Shown: positions 37,344-46,890, counted from the first letter of the stretch. The stretch: 64,000 nucleotides of DNA from Myxococcaceae bacterium (GCA_052143535.1 JBKQSS010000075.1:40588-104587); one strand, 5' to 3'. The notes: a model not told the origin generated them from the sequence alone. Numbers and translations are program-made.

Positions 37344-37366
37344 GGAAGGCCCGGCACGGGCCTTCC
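37344..37366. terminator. bidirectional hairpin between the convergent prx and pit genes
   Basis: GGAAGGCCCG-gca-CGGGCCTTCC forms a perfect 10-bp stem. Confidence 0.6.
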
Positions 37367-37396
37367 CCCCTGGTGCCTGCCTCGAGGGGCAGTGGC

Positions 37397-38893
37397 CTAG
37401 GGAATCCCGAAGAGGTGCAGGACGACGAAGAGGCCGCCGGCGAAGGTAGCCGCCCCGAGGAGCACGCACACCGGGAGCGTCAGCACCCAAGCCAAGAGCA
37501 GGTTTCGCAGCGTGCCCATCTGTAGCCCGGAGTGGTTTGCCCACATGGTACCGGCAACGCCCGACGAGAGGACGTGCGTCGTGCTCACCGGCAGGCCGTA
37601 GTAGTCGGCCAGGCCGATGGTGCCCATGGCGACTATCTCTGCCGACGCCCCTTGGGCGTAGGTCAGATGCTCCTTGCCGATTTTCTCTCCGACCGTCACC
37701 ACAATCCGCTTCCAGCCAATCATCGTGCCGAGGCCGAGGGTGAAGGCCACGATTACTTTCACCCAGTTCGGGATGAATTTGGTCGTCGTCTCGAGGTTCT
37801 TCTTGTAGCTCGTCAACTCAGACTTGTCCGAGGCGTTGGTGAGCAAGCCCTGCTTGGCCAGCTTCCCCAGGGTCTCGGTGACCAAATAGATGTTCGTCCG
37901 GAGCTTGGTGCGCCCGAAGGGGTCGATGTCCGCAATCCGCGCATGACCGCTGAGTGCCTCGGTAATCTCCTTGTTCTTGTTGGCCAGCGCCGAGTAGGTA
38001 TCCTCCGTCACCTTTCCTGTCGTCTTGAGGTATGCGGAAAGGTCCTGGGTGGCGTAGTCGTGCAGCACTGGCGCCGCATGGGGGTTGACGTACTTGTCGA
38101 GTGTCACTTGGGCGATTTGCGACTCCCTGAGCAGGGCCGACGTCTCGGCCACGCCGGTGCCCGGGTTGAGCGCGAAGGAGGCAGGGACGATGCCCACCAG
38201 GATGAGCATGATGAGCCCCATGCCCTTCTGCCCGTCGTTGGAGCCGTGGAAGAAGCTCACTCCGGTGCAAGTCAGCACCAAGAGGGCGCGAATCCAAGGT
38301 GGAGGCGGCTTGTCCTTGTCGGGCGCGCGGTAGAGCTCGGGTCGCTTGATGAGTTGCTTTGCGACGATGAGCAAGAGGGCCGCGAAGGCGAAGCCGATGA
38401 CGGGCGAGATGAGCAGCGAGGCGCCCACTTCCTTGGCCTTGGCCCAGTTGACCCCCTCGCCGAACTCGTGACCGCCGGCGAGCATCGAGTTGGCCAGTCC
38501 CACCCCCATGATGGAGCCGATGAGGGTGTGGGAGCTCGAGGCCGGGAGCCCCAGGTACCAGGTGCCCAGGTTCCAGATGATGGCCGAGATGAGGAGGGCA
38601 AAAACCATCGCGAAGCCTGCTCCCGACCCGACATTCATCACCAACTCCACCGGCAGCAGCGCCAGCACGGCGAAGGCCACGGCACCGGTGGAGGTGAGCA
38701 CCCCGATGAGGTTCCAGCAGCCTGACCACACCACGGCCACCGTGGGCTTCAGGGTGTGCGTGTAGATGACGGTGGCTACTGCATTGGCTGTGTCGTGGAA
38801 GCCGTTGACGAACTCGAAGCTCAGCGCCAGGCCGAGCGCGAGCAGTAAGAAGATGACAGTTCCGATGGAGAGCGTCTCGCCGAACAGGTGCAC
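37397..38893 (-). CDS. inorganic phosphate transporter, PiT family
   Basis: The FEFVNGFHDTANAVAT signature occurs, and again as FFHGSNDGQKGMG. The protein is polytopic. Confidence 0.9.
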   Translation of the reverse strand: MHLFGETLSIGTVIFLLLALGLALSFEFVNGFHDTANAVATVIYTHTLKPTVAVVWSGCWNLIGVLTSTGAVAFAVLALLPVELVMNVGSGAGFAMVFALLISAIIWNLGTWYLGLPASSSHTLIGSIMGVGLANSMLAGGHEFGEGVNWAKAKEVGASLLISPVIGFAFAALLLIVAKQLIKRPELYRAPDKDKPPPPWIRALLVLTCTGVSFFHGSNDGQKGMGLIMLILVGIVPASFALNPGTGVAETSALLRESQIAQVTLDKYVNPHAAPVLHDYATQDLSAYLKTTGKVTEDTYSALANKNKEITEALSGHARIADIDPFGRTKLRTNIYLVTETLGKLAKQGLLTNASDKSELTSYKKNLETTTKFIPNWVKVIVAFTLGLGTMIGWKRIVVTVGEKIGKEHLTYAQGASAEIVAMGTIGLADYYGLPVSTTHVLSSGVAGTMWANHSGLQMGTLRNLLLAWVLTLPVCVLLGAATFAGGLFVVLHLFGIP

Positions 38894-39092
38894 GCGGGCC
38901 TCGTCTCTGTGGGGGAAGGCGAGCGGTCGTAGCTGAAGCGGCGATGTCGACTTGGTGAGGAAGGCGTGACGTTTTCAAGACCAACAGCGCCTTGGGCGGA
39001 AAAGCGTGGTCCGAACCTCCGCCTTAGCCCGAGGCCGGACGAGCACTAGCTGCAGCACGTCCCGCCCGAGTCGCCGCGCCCCCTCCGGGAGC

Positions 39093-39338
39093 TCACCCCT
39101 TCTTCTTCAGCTGTCCCTCGTGCTCCCGGATGAAGGTGCGGATGTCGTCGGTCAGGTCGAGGAGCTTGAGCCACTGCTCCTGGTAGAGGGTGACGGGAAA
39201 CCGCCCCAGGCCATAGACGGAGAGTCCACCCTTTTCGCTCACCTTCATCGACACGGCCTTGCTTCCGCGCGTCTTGAGGGCCTCGTTTTCCGCCCTGAGC
39301 CGTTCCAGCTCCGCTTTCAAGTCTGCCTCGGTGCTCAT
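39093..39338 (-). CDS. hypothetical small coiled-coil protein
   Basis: 81 aa, MSTEADLKAELERLRAENEALK...GLGRFPVTLYQEQWLKLLD. The coding statistics are good. Confidence 0.55.
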   Translation of the reverse strand: MSTEADLKAELERLRAENEALKTRGSKAVSMKVSEKGGLSVYGLGRFPVTLYQEQWLKLLDLTDDIRTFIREHEGQLKKKG

Positions 39339-39643
39339 GGTGGGCCCTCCTGGGCGGCCTCGGTGGGGGTTTTACCTCGCTTCGTTCTGACGGTGGCCCC
39401 TGGCGGCAGGACGAGACTCGCCCGTCAACACCCCCTTAGCGGAGACTCGCCCGAAGGAGGTTGGACTGCGCTCGACCGCCCTTCCGCGAGCCCTTCGCGG
39501 GTTTGGCCGCTGTCCCCGGCAAAGCCCGGTCCCGCCGGTGCGACGGCACGCGACGGCAAAGGAGGCCAGAGCCCGGAGGGCCCCGTGGCGACTGGGAGGG
39601 GACGGATGCGAGCAGCGGGGCCCCAACGCGTCCGCCCGTGCCG

Positions 39644-39793
39644 CTAAATGCCTCGTCCGCTGACGAGGCGGACCACGACCACTACCAGCGCGATGACGAG
39701 CAGAAGATGAATGAGTCCGCCACCGACATGCATGGCAAACCCGAGGAGCCAGAGCACCACCAAAACCACCACCACTCCCCACAGTAGATTCAT
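39644..39793 (-). CDS. lmo0937-family small membrane protein (49 aa)
   Basis: MNLLWGVVVVLVVLWLLGFAMHVGGGLIHLLLVIALVVVVVRLVSGR is the typical pattern. It is the tail of track ORF 39644..40060. Confidence 0.6.
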   Translation of the reverse strand: MNLLWGVVVVLVVLWLLGFAMHVGGGLIHLLLVIALVVVVVRLVSGRGI

Positions 39794-40198
39794 GGTGCTT
39801 CCTTTCGTCACCCCCCACCGCGGAAGGTACCGCCTAAGGTAGGGGCGTTGGGGCTCGTCTGCCAGCGTCCAAAGCGGTGCAGCTGCCCTGGACGCCCCCG
39901 CGGAACGAGTCTCGGGCGAGGACGGTGGAAGCTCCGGCCGGGGCGGCCCCATTGCCCCGAAGTGAGGTCTGTCCCGGGGGCCAGCCAAAGGGCACCCTGA
40001 CGTGGAGTGAATCGGCTTCCGAGGGCCGGCCACCTTGAAACGTTCAGGGTGAAACGGCATCGAAACCCGGTGCCCGGGAACATCCGGGAGAAAACAGTAC
40101 GTTTGACCGTGAATTCAGGCGCCTCGGTGCATTTTCCCAAGCCAAGGGTCCTGAACACGGGTATCTGGAGGTGACCCCCTTTCCGCCGGCCCCCGACT

Positions 40199-41410
40199 AT
40201 GTTCCGTCCAGCTGAAGCGCAATCCCGGGACGAATCTCCCGAGGAGTCTCTCTCCCCGACCGACCAGCCACCCAAACGCCGGGGCCGGCTTCGCCCGTGG
40301 TTGCTTGCGGTCGGAGCCTTAGTCCTCGTCGTGCTCGTGCTGGTGGGAGTCAAAGCCGGGCAAATTGTGACGATGATTAAGGTCGGCAAGTCGATGCTCC
40401 CGCCGCCCGAGTCAGTCACGGCGGTCGAAGTAAAGTCCGTCGATTGGCGACCGATGCGTTCGGCCGTCGGTACGCTGGTCGCGGTGCGCGGGGTGACGCT
40501 GGCCGCCGAGCTCACGGGCGCTGTCCGCGAGATTTCGTTTGAGAATGGCGCAACCGTGAAGCAGGGCCAACTCTTGGTTCGGCTGGACACCTCTACTGAG
40601 CAAGCGCAGCTCGAGGGCGCGCTCGCCGATGACGAGCTTGCCAAGCAGACGTTGGAGCGCGCCCGGAAGCTTCGTCGGGACCTCACCAACACCCAGGCCG
40701 ACCTCGAGGCAGCCGAAGCCCGGGCCGTCCAGGCCGCATCCAACGTTCGGAATCTCCGCGCCGTCATCGCCAAGAAAGTCATCGTCGCTCCCTTCGCTGG
40801 ACGGGTCGGGATTCGCCAGGTCGAACTGGGGCAAGTCTTGCAGCTCGGGACGGCTGTGGTTTCGCTTCAGACGGTTTCTCCCATCTACGTGGAGTTCCAG
40901 CTTCCCCAGCAGGCCCTGGCCGACGTCAAGGTGGGCCAGCGCATCTCGCTGAAGGTAGACGTCTTCCCGGGCTCGACTTGGGACGGCACCATCACCACCA
41001 TCAATCCAGAGGTGGACCCAAGCAGTCGGAACGTGCGGATGCGCGCCACCGTGGAGAATAAGGACGGGCGGCTCACCCCCGGAATGTACGCCAGCGTGGA
41101 GGTCTACTCGGACAAGCTCGAGTCGCTGCTGATTGTCCCAGCCACCAGCGTCCTCTTTGCGCCCTACGGCGACTCGGTCTACGTGCTGGAGGAGGCCAAG
41201 GGCGACGACGGGAAGACCGGCCTCGTGGCCCGGCAACGCTTCGTCCGCGTCGGGGAACGCCGTGGGGACTTCGTAGCCATCGTCTCCGGGGTCAAGGCCG
41301 GCGAGACGGTGGTGAGCAATGGAGCTTTCAAACTCCGAAATGGGGAGTCGGTTCAGGTGAAGAACGACACGGCGCCGGCGCAGCTAGCTCCAGTGCCGGT
41401 CGATCGCTGA
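40199..41410 (+). CDS. RND efflux periplasmic adaptor subunit
   Basis: It has the HlyD_D23/barrel-sandwich pattern (GAVREISFENGATVKQGQLLVRLD, VIVAPFAGRVGIRQVELGQ) and precedes the RND pump gene. Confidence 0.88.
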   Translation: MFRPAEAQSRDESPEESLSPTDQPPKRRGRLRPWLLAVGALVLVVLVLVGVKAGQIVTMIKVGKSMLPPPESVTAVEVKSVDWRPMRSAVGTLVAVRGVTLAAELTGAVREISFENGATVKQGQLLVRLDTSTEQAQLEGALADDELAKQTLERARKLRRDLTNTQADLEAAEARAVQAASNVRNLRAVIAKKVIVAPFAGRVGIRQVELGQVLQLGTAVVSLQTVSPIYVEFQLPQQALADVKVGQRISLKVDVFPGSTWDGTITTINPEVDPSSRNVRMRATVENKDGRLTPGMYASVEVYSDKLESLLIVPATSVLFAPYGDSVYVLEEAKGDDGKTGLVARQRFVRVGERRGDFVAIVSGVKAGETVVSNGAFKLRNGESVQVKNDTAPAQLAPVPVDR

Positions 41411-41423
41411 CGGGGATGAGGAC

Positions 41424-44400
41424 ATGAGATTTACCGACCTCTTCATTCGGCGACCGGTCATTGCCATCGTCGTCAACGTCATCATCGTGGTGGCCGGCGT
41501 CCAGGCCATCCGCTCACTCAACGTCCGGCAGTATCCACGGAACGACAATGCCGTGGTGACGGTGACCACGGTGTATGTCGGCGCCAGCGCTGACTTGGTG
41601 CGCGGCTTCATCACCACGCCGCTCGAGCGCGTCATCGCCGCTGCCGACGGTATTGACTACCTCGAATCGACGAGCAGCCAGGGCGTGTCCATCATCAGCG
41701 CGCGTCTGCGGCTCAATTACGACGCGACCAAGGCGCTGGCTGAAATCAGCTCCAAGGTCGACCAGGTGCGCGGGGACTTGCCGCCCGAAGCCCAGGTGCC
41801 GGTTCTCAACATCGAGTCTGCGGACAGCCAGTTTGCCTCGGCCTACCTCAGCTTCTCCTCGGAGTTCCTGAAGCAGAACGAGATTACCGACTACCTGGTC
41901 CGCGTCGTTCAGCCCCGGCTATCGGCGATTCCAGGCGTGCAGCGGGCGGACCTTCTCGGCGCCCGCACCTTCGCCATGCGCATCTGGCTCAAACCCGACC
42001 GCATGGCCGCGCTCGACGTCAGCCCGGCGAATGTTCGCCAGGCCCTCGCCTCGAACAACTATTTGGCCGCGGTGGGCCAGACCAAGGGTTCGCTGGTCCA
42101 GGTGAACCTCACCACCAACACCGACTTGCGCTCGGTGGAGGAGTTCCGCCGTCTCGTCATCCGCGAGAGCGGCGGAGCGGTGGTGCGGCTCTCCGATGTG
42201 GCCGACGTGGTGCTGGGGGCCGAGGACTACGACACCAACGTCGCCTTCAGCGGGCAGACGGCGGTCTTCATCGGCATCTGGGCGCTGCCCAACGCCAACT
42301 CCCTCGACGTCATCAAACGGGCCCGCGCCGAGTTGAAGCTCATTCAGAAGGAGTTGCCCGAGCAGATTAAGGCCTACCTCGCCTACGACGCGACCGAGTA
42401 CATCCAAAGCGCCATCGATGAAGTGGTGAAGACACTCCTCGAAACGCTGCTCATCGTCGTCATCGTCATCTTCCTGTTCCTCGGCTCCTTGCGCTCGGTG
42501 CTGGTCCCGGTGGTAGCCATCCCGGTGTCCCTCATTGGCGCGGTGTTTCTGATGCAGGTCTTCGGATTCACCATCAACCTGCTGACTCTTTTGGCCATCG
42601 TCCTTTCCGTCGGTCTGGTGGTCGATGACGCCATCGTCGTGGTGGAAAATGTCGAGCGGCACATCAGCGAGGGCATGACCTCGCTCAATGCCGCACTGGT
42701 GGGGGCGCGCGAGCTGGTGACGCCCATCATCGCGATGACCATCACTCTGGCGGCGGTGTACACCCCGATTGCCTTTCAGGGTGGCTTGACCGGGTCGCTG
42801 TTTCGCGAGTTCGCGCTGACGCTGGCCGGCGCCGTCACCATTTCGGGCGTGGTGGCGCTGACCCTATCGCCGATGATGTCGCGGTACTTGCTCCGGCCCG
42901 GGGACGACCACAAAGGGCTGGCCCGCCTCATCAACGCCGGGTTCGACAAGTTTCGCGAGCTGTACGGGAGGGGGCTGAACGTCGTCCTCGCGCGGCGCGG
43001 CATCGTCTACATGGCCTGGGGCGTCCTGAGCCTCCTGGCGGTGCTGATGTTTCAAAACTCGGTCAAGGAGCTGGCCCCCGCGGAAGACCAGGGAGTCATC
43101 TTCGGCATCGTCAACACCCCGGCCAATTCGACCCTCGACCAGATTACTGCGTCGACCAAGCTCGTCTATCAGGCGATGGAGACGATTCCAGAGACCCGGT
43201 TCACCTTTCAAATCACCTTTCCAGGCAATGGCTTTTGGGGCGATGGACTGAAGCCCTGGGGCGACCGGAAGCGAACCGCCTCGCAAATCCTCCCCGAGCT
43301 GCAGGGCAAGGTGAGCGCCATCCCCGGCATTCAGACGTTCGCCGTGGTTCCGCCGTCGCTCCCAGGTGGCGGCACCTTCCCCATTGAATTTGTGATTGCC
43401 TCCACCGCCGAGGCGTCGGAGGTGCTCGATTTCGCCAAGAAGCTGCAGGAAAAGGCAGCGACCAGCGGGAAGTTCTACTTTCCTCCCATCCTCGATGTGA
43501 AGCTCGACCAGCCGCAGTCAGAAATCATCATCGATCGCGAGAAGGTGGCTCAGCTGGGGCTGAGCTTGCAAACCGTTGGTCAGGACATCGGCGCCGCGGT
43601 GGGCGGCAACTTCGTCAACCGCTTCAGCATCGCCGGTCGGGCTTACAAGGTCATCCCGCAAGTCCTCCGGGTCGACCGGATGAATCCCGACCAGCTCAAT
43701 GACATTTACGTGACTGGCCCAGGTGGGGGACTGGTGAAGTTGTCCTCCATCGCCAAAATCCGGGACACCGTCACGCCGCGGTCGCTCAACCGCTTCCAGC
43801 AGCTGAACGCAGTGAAAATCAGCGGCGTCGCCGCGTCTCTCGAGGACGGCCTGTCCTTCCTCGAGAAAGAGGCCAAGACCATCCTTCCTCAGGGCTACGC
43901 CATCGACTACACAGGCGAGTCACGCCAGCTGAGGCAGGAGGGCAACAAATTCTTGCCGGCCTTTAGCCTCGCGGTGCTGCTCATTTTCCTGGTGCTGGCG
44001 GCCCAGTTCAACAGCTTCCGGGACCCCTTCGTCATTCTCGCTGGGTCCGTGCCGCTCGCTCTCTTCGGGTCGATGATTACCACCTTCTTCAAGATGCCCA
44101 ATCCCCAAATCCACTTCTTCACCGACGGGTGGACGACGTCCATCAACATCTATTCCCAGGTTGGGCTGGTGACGCTGGTGGGCCTCATTTCGAAGAACGG
44201 CATCCTGATTGTTCAATTCGCCAACCAGCTGCAGGAGGCGGGCAAGACGAAGGCCGAAGCGGTGAAGGAGGCGGCGATGACGCGTCTCCGGCCCATTCTC
44301 ATGACCAGCGTGGCAACGGTTGCAGGCCACTTCCCGCTCACCCTCGTCACCGGTGCCGGAGCGGCCGCTCGAAACAGCATCGGCCTGGTGCTGGTCACGG

Positions 44401-44549
44401 GCATGGCGGTGGGGACCGTCTTCACCCTCTTCTTCGTGCCAGCCATCTATCTCCTCATCGCCAAGGACCACCGGGCAGACGAAAGGCTAAGCGACGTGCA
44501 GCCTGTCGGCGGGCGCCTGGTGCCCTCCCCAGGGGCAGCCGAGCAGTAG
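41424..44549 (+). CDS. RND efflux permease (AcrB/HAE-type)
   Basis: 1041 aa. MRFTDLFIRRPVIAIVVNVIIVVAG... and ...VVDDAIVVVENVERH... Confidence 0.92.
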   Translation: MRFTDLFIRRPVIAIVVNVIIVVAGVQAIRSLNVRQYPRNDNAVVTVTTVYVGASADLVRGFITTPLERVIAAADGIDYLESTSSQGVSIISARLRLNYDATKALAEISSKVDQVRGDLPPEAQVPVLNIESADSQFASAYLSFSSEFLKQNEITDYLVRVVQPRLSAIPGVQRADLLGARTFAMRIWLKPDRMAALDVSPANVRQALASNNYLAAVGQTKGSLVQVNLTTNTDLRSVEEFRRLVIRESGGAVVRLSDVADVVLGAEDYDTNVAFSGQTAVFIGIWALPNANSLDVIKRARAELKLIQKELPEQIKAYLAYDATEYIQSAIDEVVKTLLETLLIVVIVIFLFLGSLRSVLVPVVAIPVSLIGAVFLMQVFGFTINLLTLLAIVLSVGLVVDDAIVVVENVERHISEGMTSLNAALVGARELVTPIIAMTITLAAVYTPIAFQGGLTGSLFREFALTLAGAVTISGVVALTLSPMMSRYLLRPGDDHKGLARLINAGFDKFRELYGRGLNVVLARRGIVYMAWGVLSLLAVLMFQNSVKELAPAEDQGVIFGIVNTPANSTLDQITASTKLVYQAMETIPETRFTFQITFPGNGFWGDGLKPWGDRKRTASQILPELQGKVSAIPGIQTFAVVPPSLPGGGTFPIEFVIASTAEASEVLDFAKKLQEKAATSGKFYFPPILDVKLDQPQSEIIIDREKVAQLGLSLQTVGQDIGAAVGGNFVNRFSIAGRAYKVIPQVLRVDRMNPDQLNDIYVTGPGGGLVKLSSIAKIRDTVTPRSLNRFQQLNAVKISGVAASLEDGLSFLEKEAKTILPQGYAIDYTGESRQLRQEGNKFLPAFSLAVLLIFLVLAAQFNSFRDPFVILAGSVPLALFGSMITTFFKMPNPQIHFFTDGWTTSINIYSQVGLVTLVGLISKNGILIVQFANQLQEAGKTKAEAVKEAAMTRLRPILMTSVATVAGHFPLTLVTGAGAAARNSIGLVLVTGMAVGTVFTLFFVPAIYLLIAKDHRADERLSDVQPVGGRLVPSPGAAEQ

Positions 44550-44649
44550 CCTTCGCTCAAGGCCAACCAGGTGTCACGCTTGGCCCGCCTTGTGCCCATA
44601 GCCTTGTGAGCTCGGGCCACTTTGGCCCGTCTCCTCAAGGAGTGTTTCG

Positions 44650-44769
44650 GTGAAAAACTGGAAGGCGAAAATGGCGTTTGTCGCGGCTTTGGCGCTGCCC
44701 TTGGCTGCATGGGCATCCACCGTCGGCCCCTGTTGCCCATACTGTCCGCATTGCCCGTTCTGCCCCTAG
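44650..44769 (+). CDS. secreted Cys/Pro-rich micropeptide precursor (39 codons)
   Basis: Not in the track (<60 aa). AAGGAG (44637..44642) lies 7 nt before the GTG. The product is MKNWKAKMAFVAALALPLAAWA|STVGPCCPYCPHCPFCP. It ends 33 nt before the ECF sigma gene. Confidence 0.5.
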   Translation: MKNWKAKMAFVAALALPLAAWASTVGPCCPYCPHCPFCP

Positions 44770-44802
44770 ACGGGCAGCCGCGTACCTAGCCAAATCGACC
44801 GG

Positions 44803-45333
44803 GTGGAGCGACACGAGCTTCAGGCAGCGATGGTCCGGCTCGCCAACGGCGACCGGAGCATGCTCCGGGGAGTTTTCGACGCGCTCCACCCGGTGGTTCT
44901 TCGCTGGTGCCGAAGAATGCTCCGGAACAACGCCGACGCCGAGGACGCAGCTCAGGTGGCCCTGGAGAAGCTCTTTTTCAAAGCCTCTGACTTCGAGGTG
45001 CGCGGGGATGCGCTCGGGTGGGCCCTGGCCGTTGCGACGGCCGAATGCCGGACGCTGGCTCGAAAGAAGTTTCGGCGCCGTGAGACGTCAGATGGCCCGT
45101 TGGCCGCAATGACCGTCGACAGCGAGGCGGAGCAACTCGTGGCGCGCGAACAGCTGAGAGCTGCACTGCTCGAGGTGCTGGGTACGTTGAAACCGGAGGA
45201 CGTGCAGGTGCTGCTGGCGTGGATTGAGGTTGAGCCGAGGCCGTCGGTGCCCGGGCCGACGTTTCGCAAGCGGCTCGAGCGGGCTGCCCACCGTCTCAAA
45301 GTGGCCTGGAGGGCGCGGTATGGACTCGACTGA
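44803..45333 (+). CDS. ECF-type RNA polymerase sigma factor
   Basis: Region 2 (DAEDAAQVALEKLFFKASDF...GWALAVATAECRTLARK) and region 4 (LKPEDVQVLLAW...TFRKRLERAAHRLKV). Confidence 0.8.
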   Translation: MERHELQAAMVRLANGDRSMLRGVFDALHPVVLRWCRRMLRNNADAEDAAQVALEKLFFKASDFEVRGDALGWALAVATAECRTLARKKFRRRETSDGPLAAMTVDSEAEQLVAREQLRAALLEVLGTLKPEDVQVLLAWIEVEPRPSVPGPTFRKRLERAAHRLKVAWRARYGLD

Positions 45334-45862
45334 ACTGCTTCAGCGGGTGCGCTGGAGCTACGAGTTGGGCCGGTTGCGCGTGGCCCTGCCGGGCGTCGCC
45401 TTGGCTGCTGCACTCGTCGCCTACGCCATGAGCAGGCCCCACCCGGGCTCAGCGCCGGTCTTGGGTGGCCTTCTTCTCCTGGTGACGCTTTTCGCAGGCC
45501 TGTGGCGTCGCGTGAGCGCCCGCGCGGTCCTCCCCGGCCTCGGGGCAGGTCTCGTGCCCTTTCTGGTGCCCGCTCTGGCCATGCGGGCCGGGATGGGGTG
45601 CGGGCTCCGGGACTGCACGACGCTGTGTCTGGTGAGCTGTTTGGCCGGTGGGCTTGGGGCTGGTGCGCTGATTGTCTGGAGGAGCACCGCGCTGGTGGAG
45701 GGCCGCCGGCTGTTTCTCGGAGTGTCGGGCAGCGTTGCGACGCTGGCTGGCGCGCTCGGGTGCGCTGACTTTGGCGCCATCGGACTATTGCTTCTTCTGG
45801 GAGGTTGCGCGGTCGTCCTCAGTCCCGCTTGGGCCCTGAGCCGAAGAACGGCCGCGGCTTAG
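45320..45862 (+). CDS. polytopic Cys-rich membrane protein, putative cognate anti-sigma factor
   Basis: ATG 45320 overlaps the end of the sigma gene by 14 nt. About 5 TM segments, with intramembrane Cys residues (GMGCGLRDCTTLCLVSCLAGG, LGCADFG, LLGGCAVV). Confidence 0.55.
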   Translation: MDSTELLQRVRWSYELGRLRVALPGVALAAALVAYAMSRPHPGSAPVLGGLLLLVTLFAGLWRRVSARAVLPGLGAGLVPFLVPALAMRAGMGCGLRDCTTLCLVSCLAGGLGAGALIVWRSTALVEGRRLFLGVSGSVATLAGALGCADFGAIGLLLLLGGCAVVLSPAWALSRRTAAA

Positions 45863-45897
45863 CAGCGCTCGTCAGCACCCCTGGGGTGCGTGGTGCT

Positions 45898-46854
45898 TTA
45901 GTCGTCGTAACGGATGTCGCCGGCTCCCTCGACGTCATAGCCGGCGATGGCCCCCACCTCGGAGCGAAAGGCTGAGCCCTGCGCCACCTCGCACACCCGG
46001 ATGACCCGGGCGTCACCGAGGTCGCGTGCCTTGACAATCAGGCCGTAGGACTCGGTGGCGAGGTGATGAAAGACGAGGCCGCTGCGCGTCCCCCACGCCC
46101 TCGTCGCCAGGCCCACCTCGGCACGACCAGAGATGACCGCCAGGACGACCTCGAGGTGCGAGGAGAGCAGCAGGGCGCCCCGGTGGATGCGTTCCGGGTC
46201 GAGCATTGCAGTGCGAAGTGCTTCATCCAGGTGAGAGCGGATGCCGGCCGAGGGAGGCCGCGACGCCAGACTGCGAGTCGCGAGGTCCTCTATGCGTCCC
46301 TTCGCTCCGGGCTTGGTCAGCAGGCCAATCTCACGGTTGACGAGGTGGATTCTCGCCACTCGCTCGCCGTCCAGATGAGTCGGAAAGCCGCCGGCGTGGG
46401 CTCCAGCGGCGAGGACTGCGCCGCGGCCCAGCAAACCCAAGCCGGACTCCCGGTCGGCTTGGACGAAGCCGAGGAACGGCGGCCCCCGCTCCGAGCTGAG
46501 CCGCAGCAATGTCATCAGTGCCACGTCGCCGTTGCCGGCGACCAGCGCGGGGGCGGCGCCCGCTGCGAGCGGACGCGGCGCTTGGCCGTCGGCGAGCGGC
46601 GCCGCGCCACCGGACCAGACGAGCACGTCCCGCTGGTCAAACCGCCATTCGGAGCCCACCCGCCGAGCAGGAAGGCCTTTCCGCAATAGCCGGTAGACGT
46701 GCTTGGGGTGGACCCGCAGCAGCTCGGCGACTTCCGCCGTCGTCAACAGCGCCGAGGCGGCCGCTGGGCTCTCTCCTTGGGGGTGGGTTGGTGCCACCGG
46801 GTGGGCCCGAGGCCCAGTCCGCAGTCGGCCTCCCTTTAAGGAACTAGAAGACAC
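45898..46854 (-). CDS. HTH (excisionase/MerR-like) + periplasmic-binding-protein-like domain regulator (TunR/ModE-like oxyanion-responsive type)
   Basis: LLTTAEVAELLRVHPKHVYRLLRKGLPARRVGSEWRF is an HTH_17-like motif, followed by a ~230-aa PBP-like domain. The true start is uncertain because the first codons have low GC3. Confidence 0.6.
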   Translation of the reverse strand: MSSSSLKGGRLRTGPRAHPVAPTHPQGESPAAASALLTTAEVAELLRVHPKHVYRLLRKGLPARRVGSEWRFDQRDVLVWSGGAAPLADGQAPRPLAAGAAPALVAGNGDVALMTLLRLSSERGPPFLGFVQADRESGLGLLGRGAVLAAGAHAGGFPTHLDGERVARIHLVNREIGLLTKPGAKGRIEDLATRSLASRPPSAGIRSHLDEALRTAMLDPERIHRGALLLSSHLEVVLAVISGRAEVGLATRAWGTRSGLVFHHLATESYGLIVKARDLGDARVIRVCEVAQGSAFRSEVGAIAGYDVEGAGDIRYDD

Positions 46855-46867
46855 ATAAACCCCTTTT

Positions 46868-46890
46868 AGGGTGCAATGCAGGGTGCTATG
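46868..46890. promoter_or_regulatory. tandem direct repeat AGGGTGCaATG-c-AGGGTGCtATG in the divergent regulator/OMP intergenic region
   Basis: Two 11-nt units with a 12-nt period and one mismatch. Confidence 0.3.

Noticed and set aside
44608-44632. An ECF-type promoter (GAGCTC...CGTCT) and a GGGCC-acttt-GGCCC hairpin between the RND pump gene and the micropeptide ORF.
   Set aside because: The -35 element and the spacing do not fit the GGAAC-N16/17-CGT consensus. The hairpin has only 5 bp and no U-tract. This is too weak to call.
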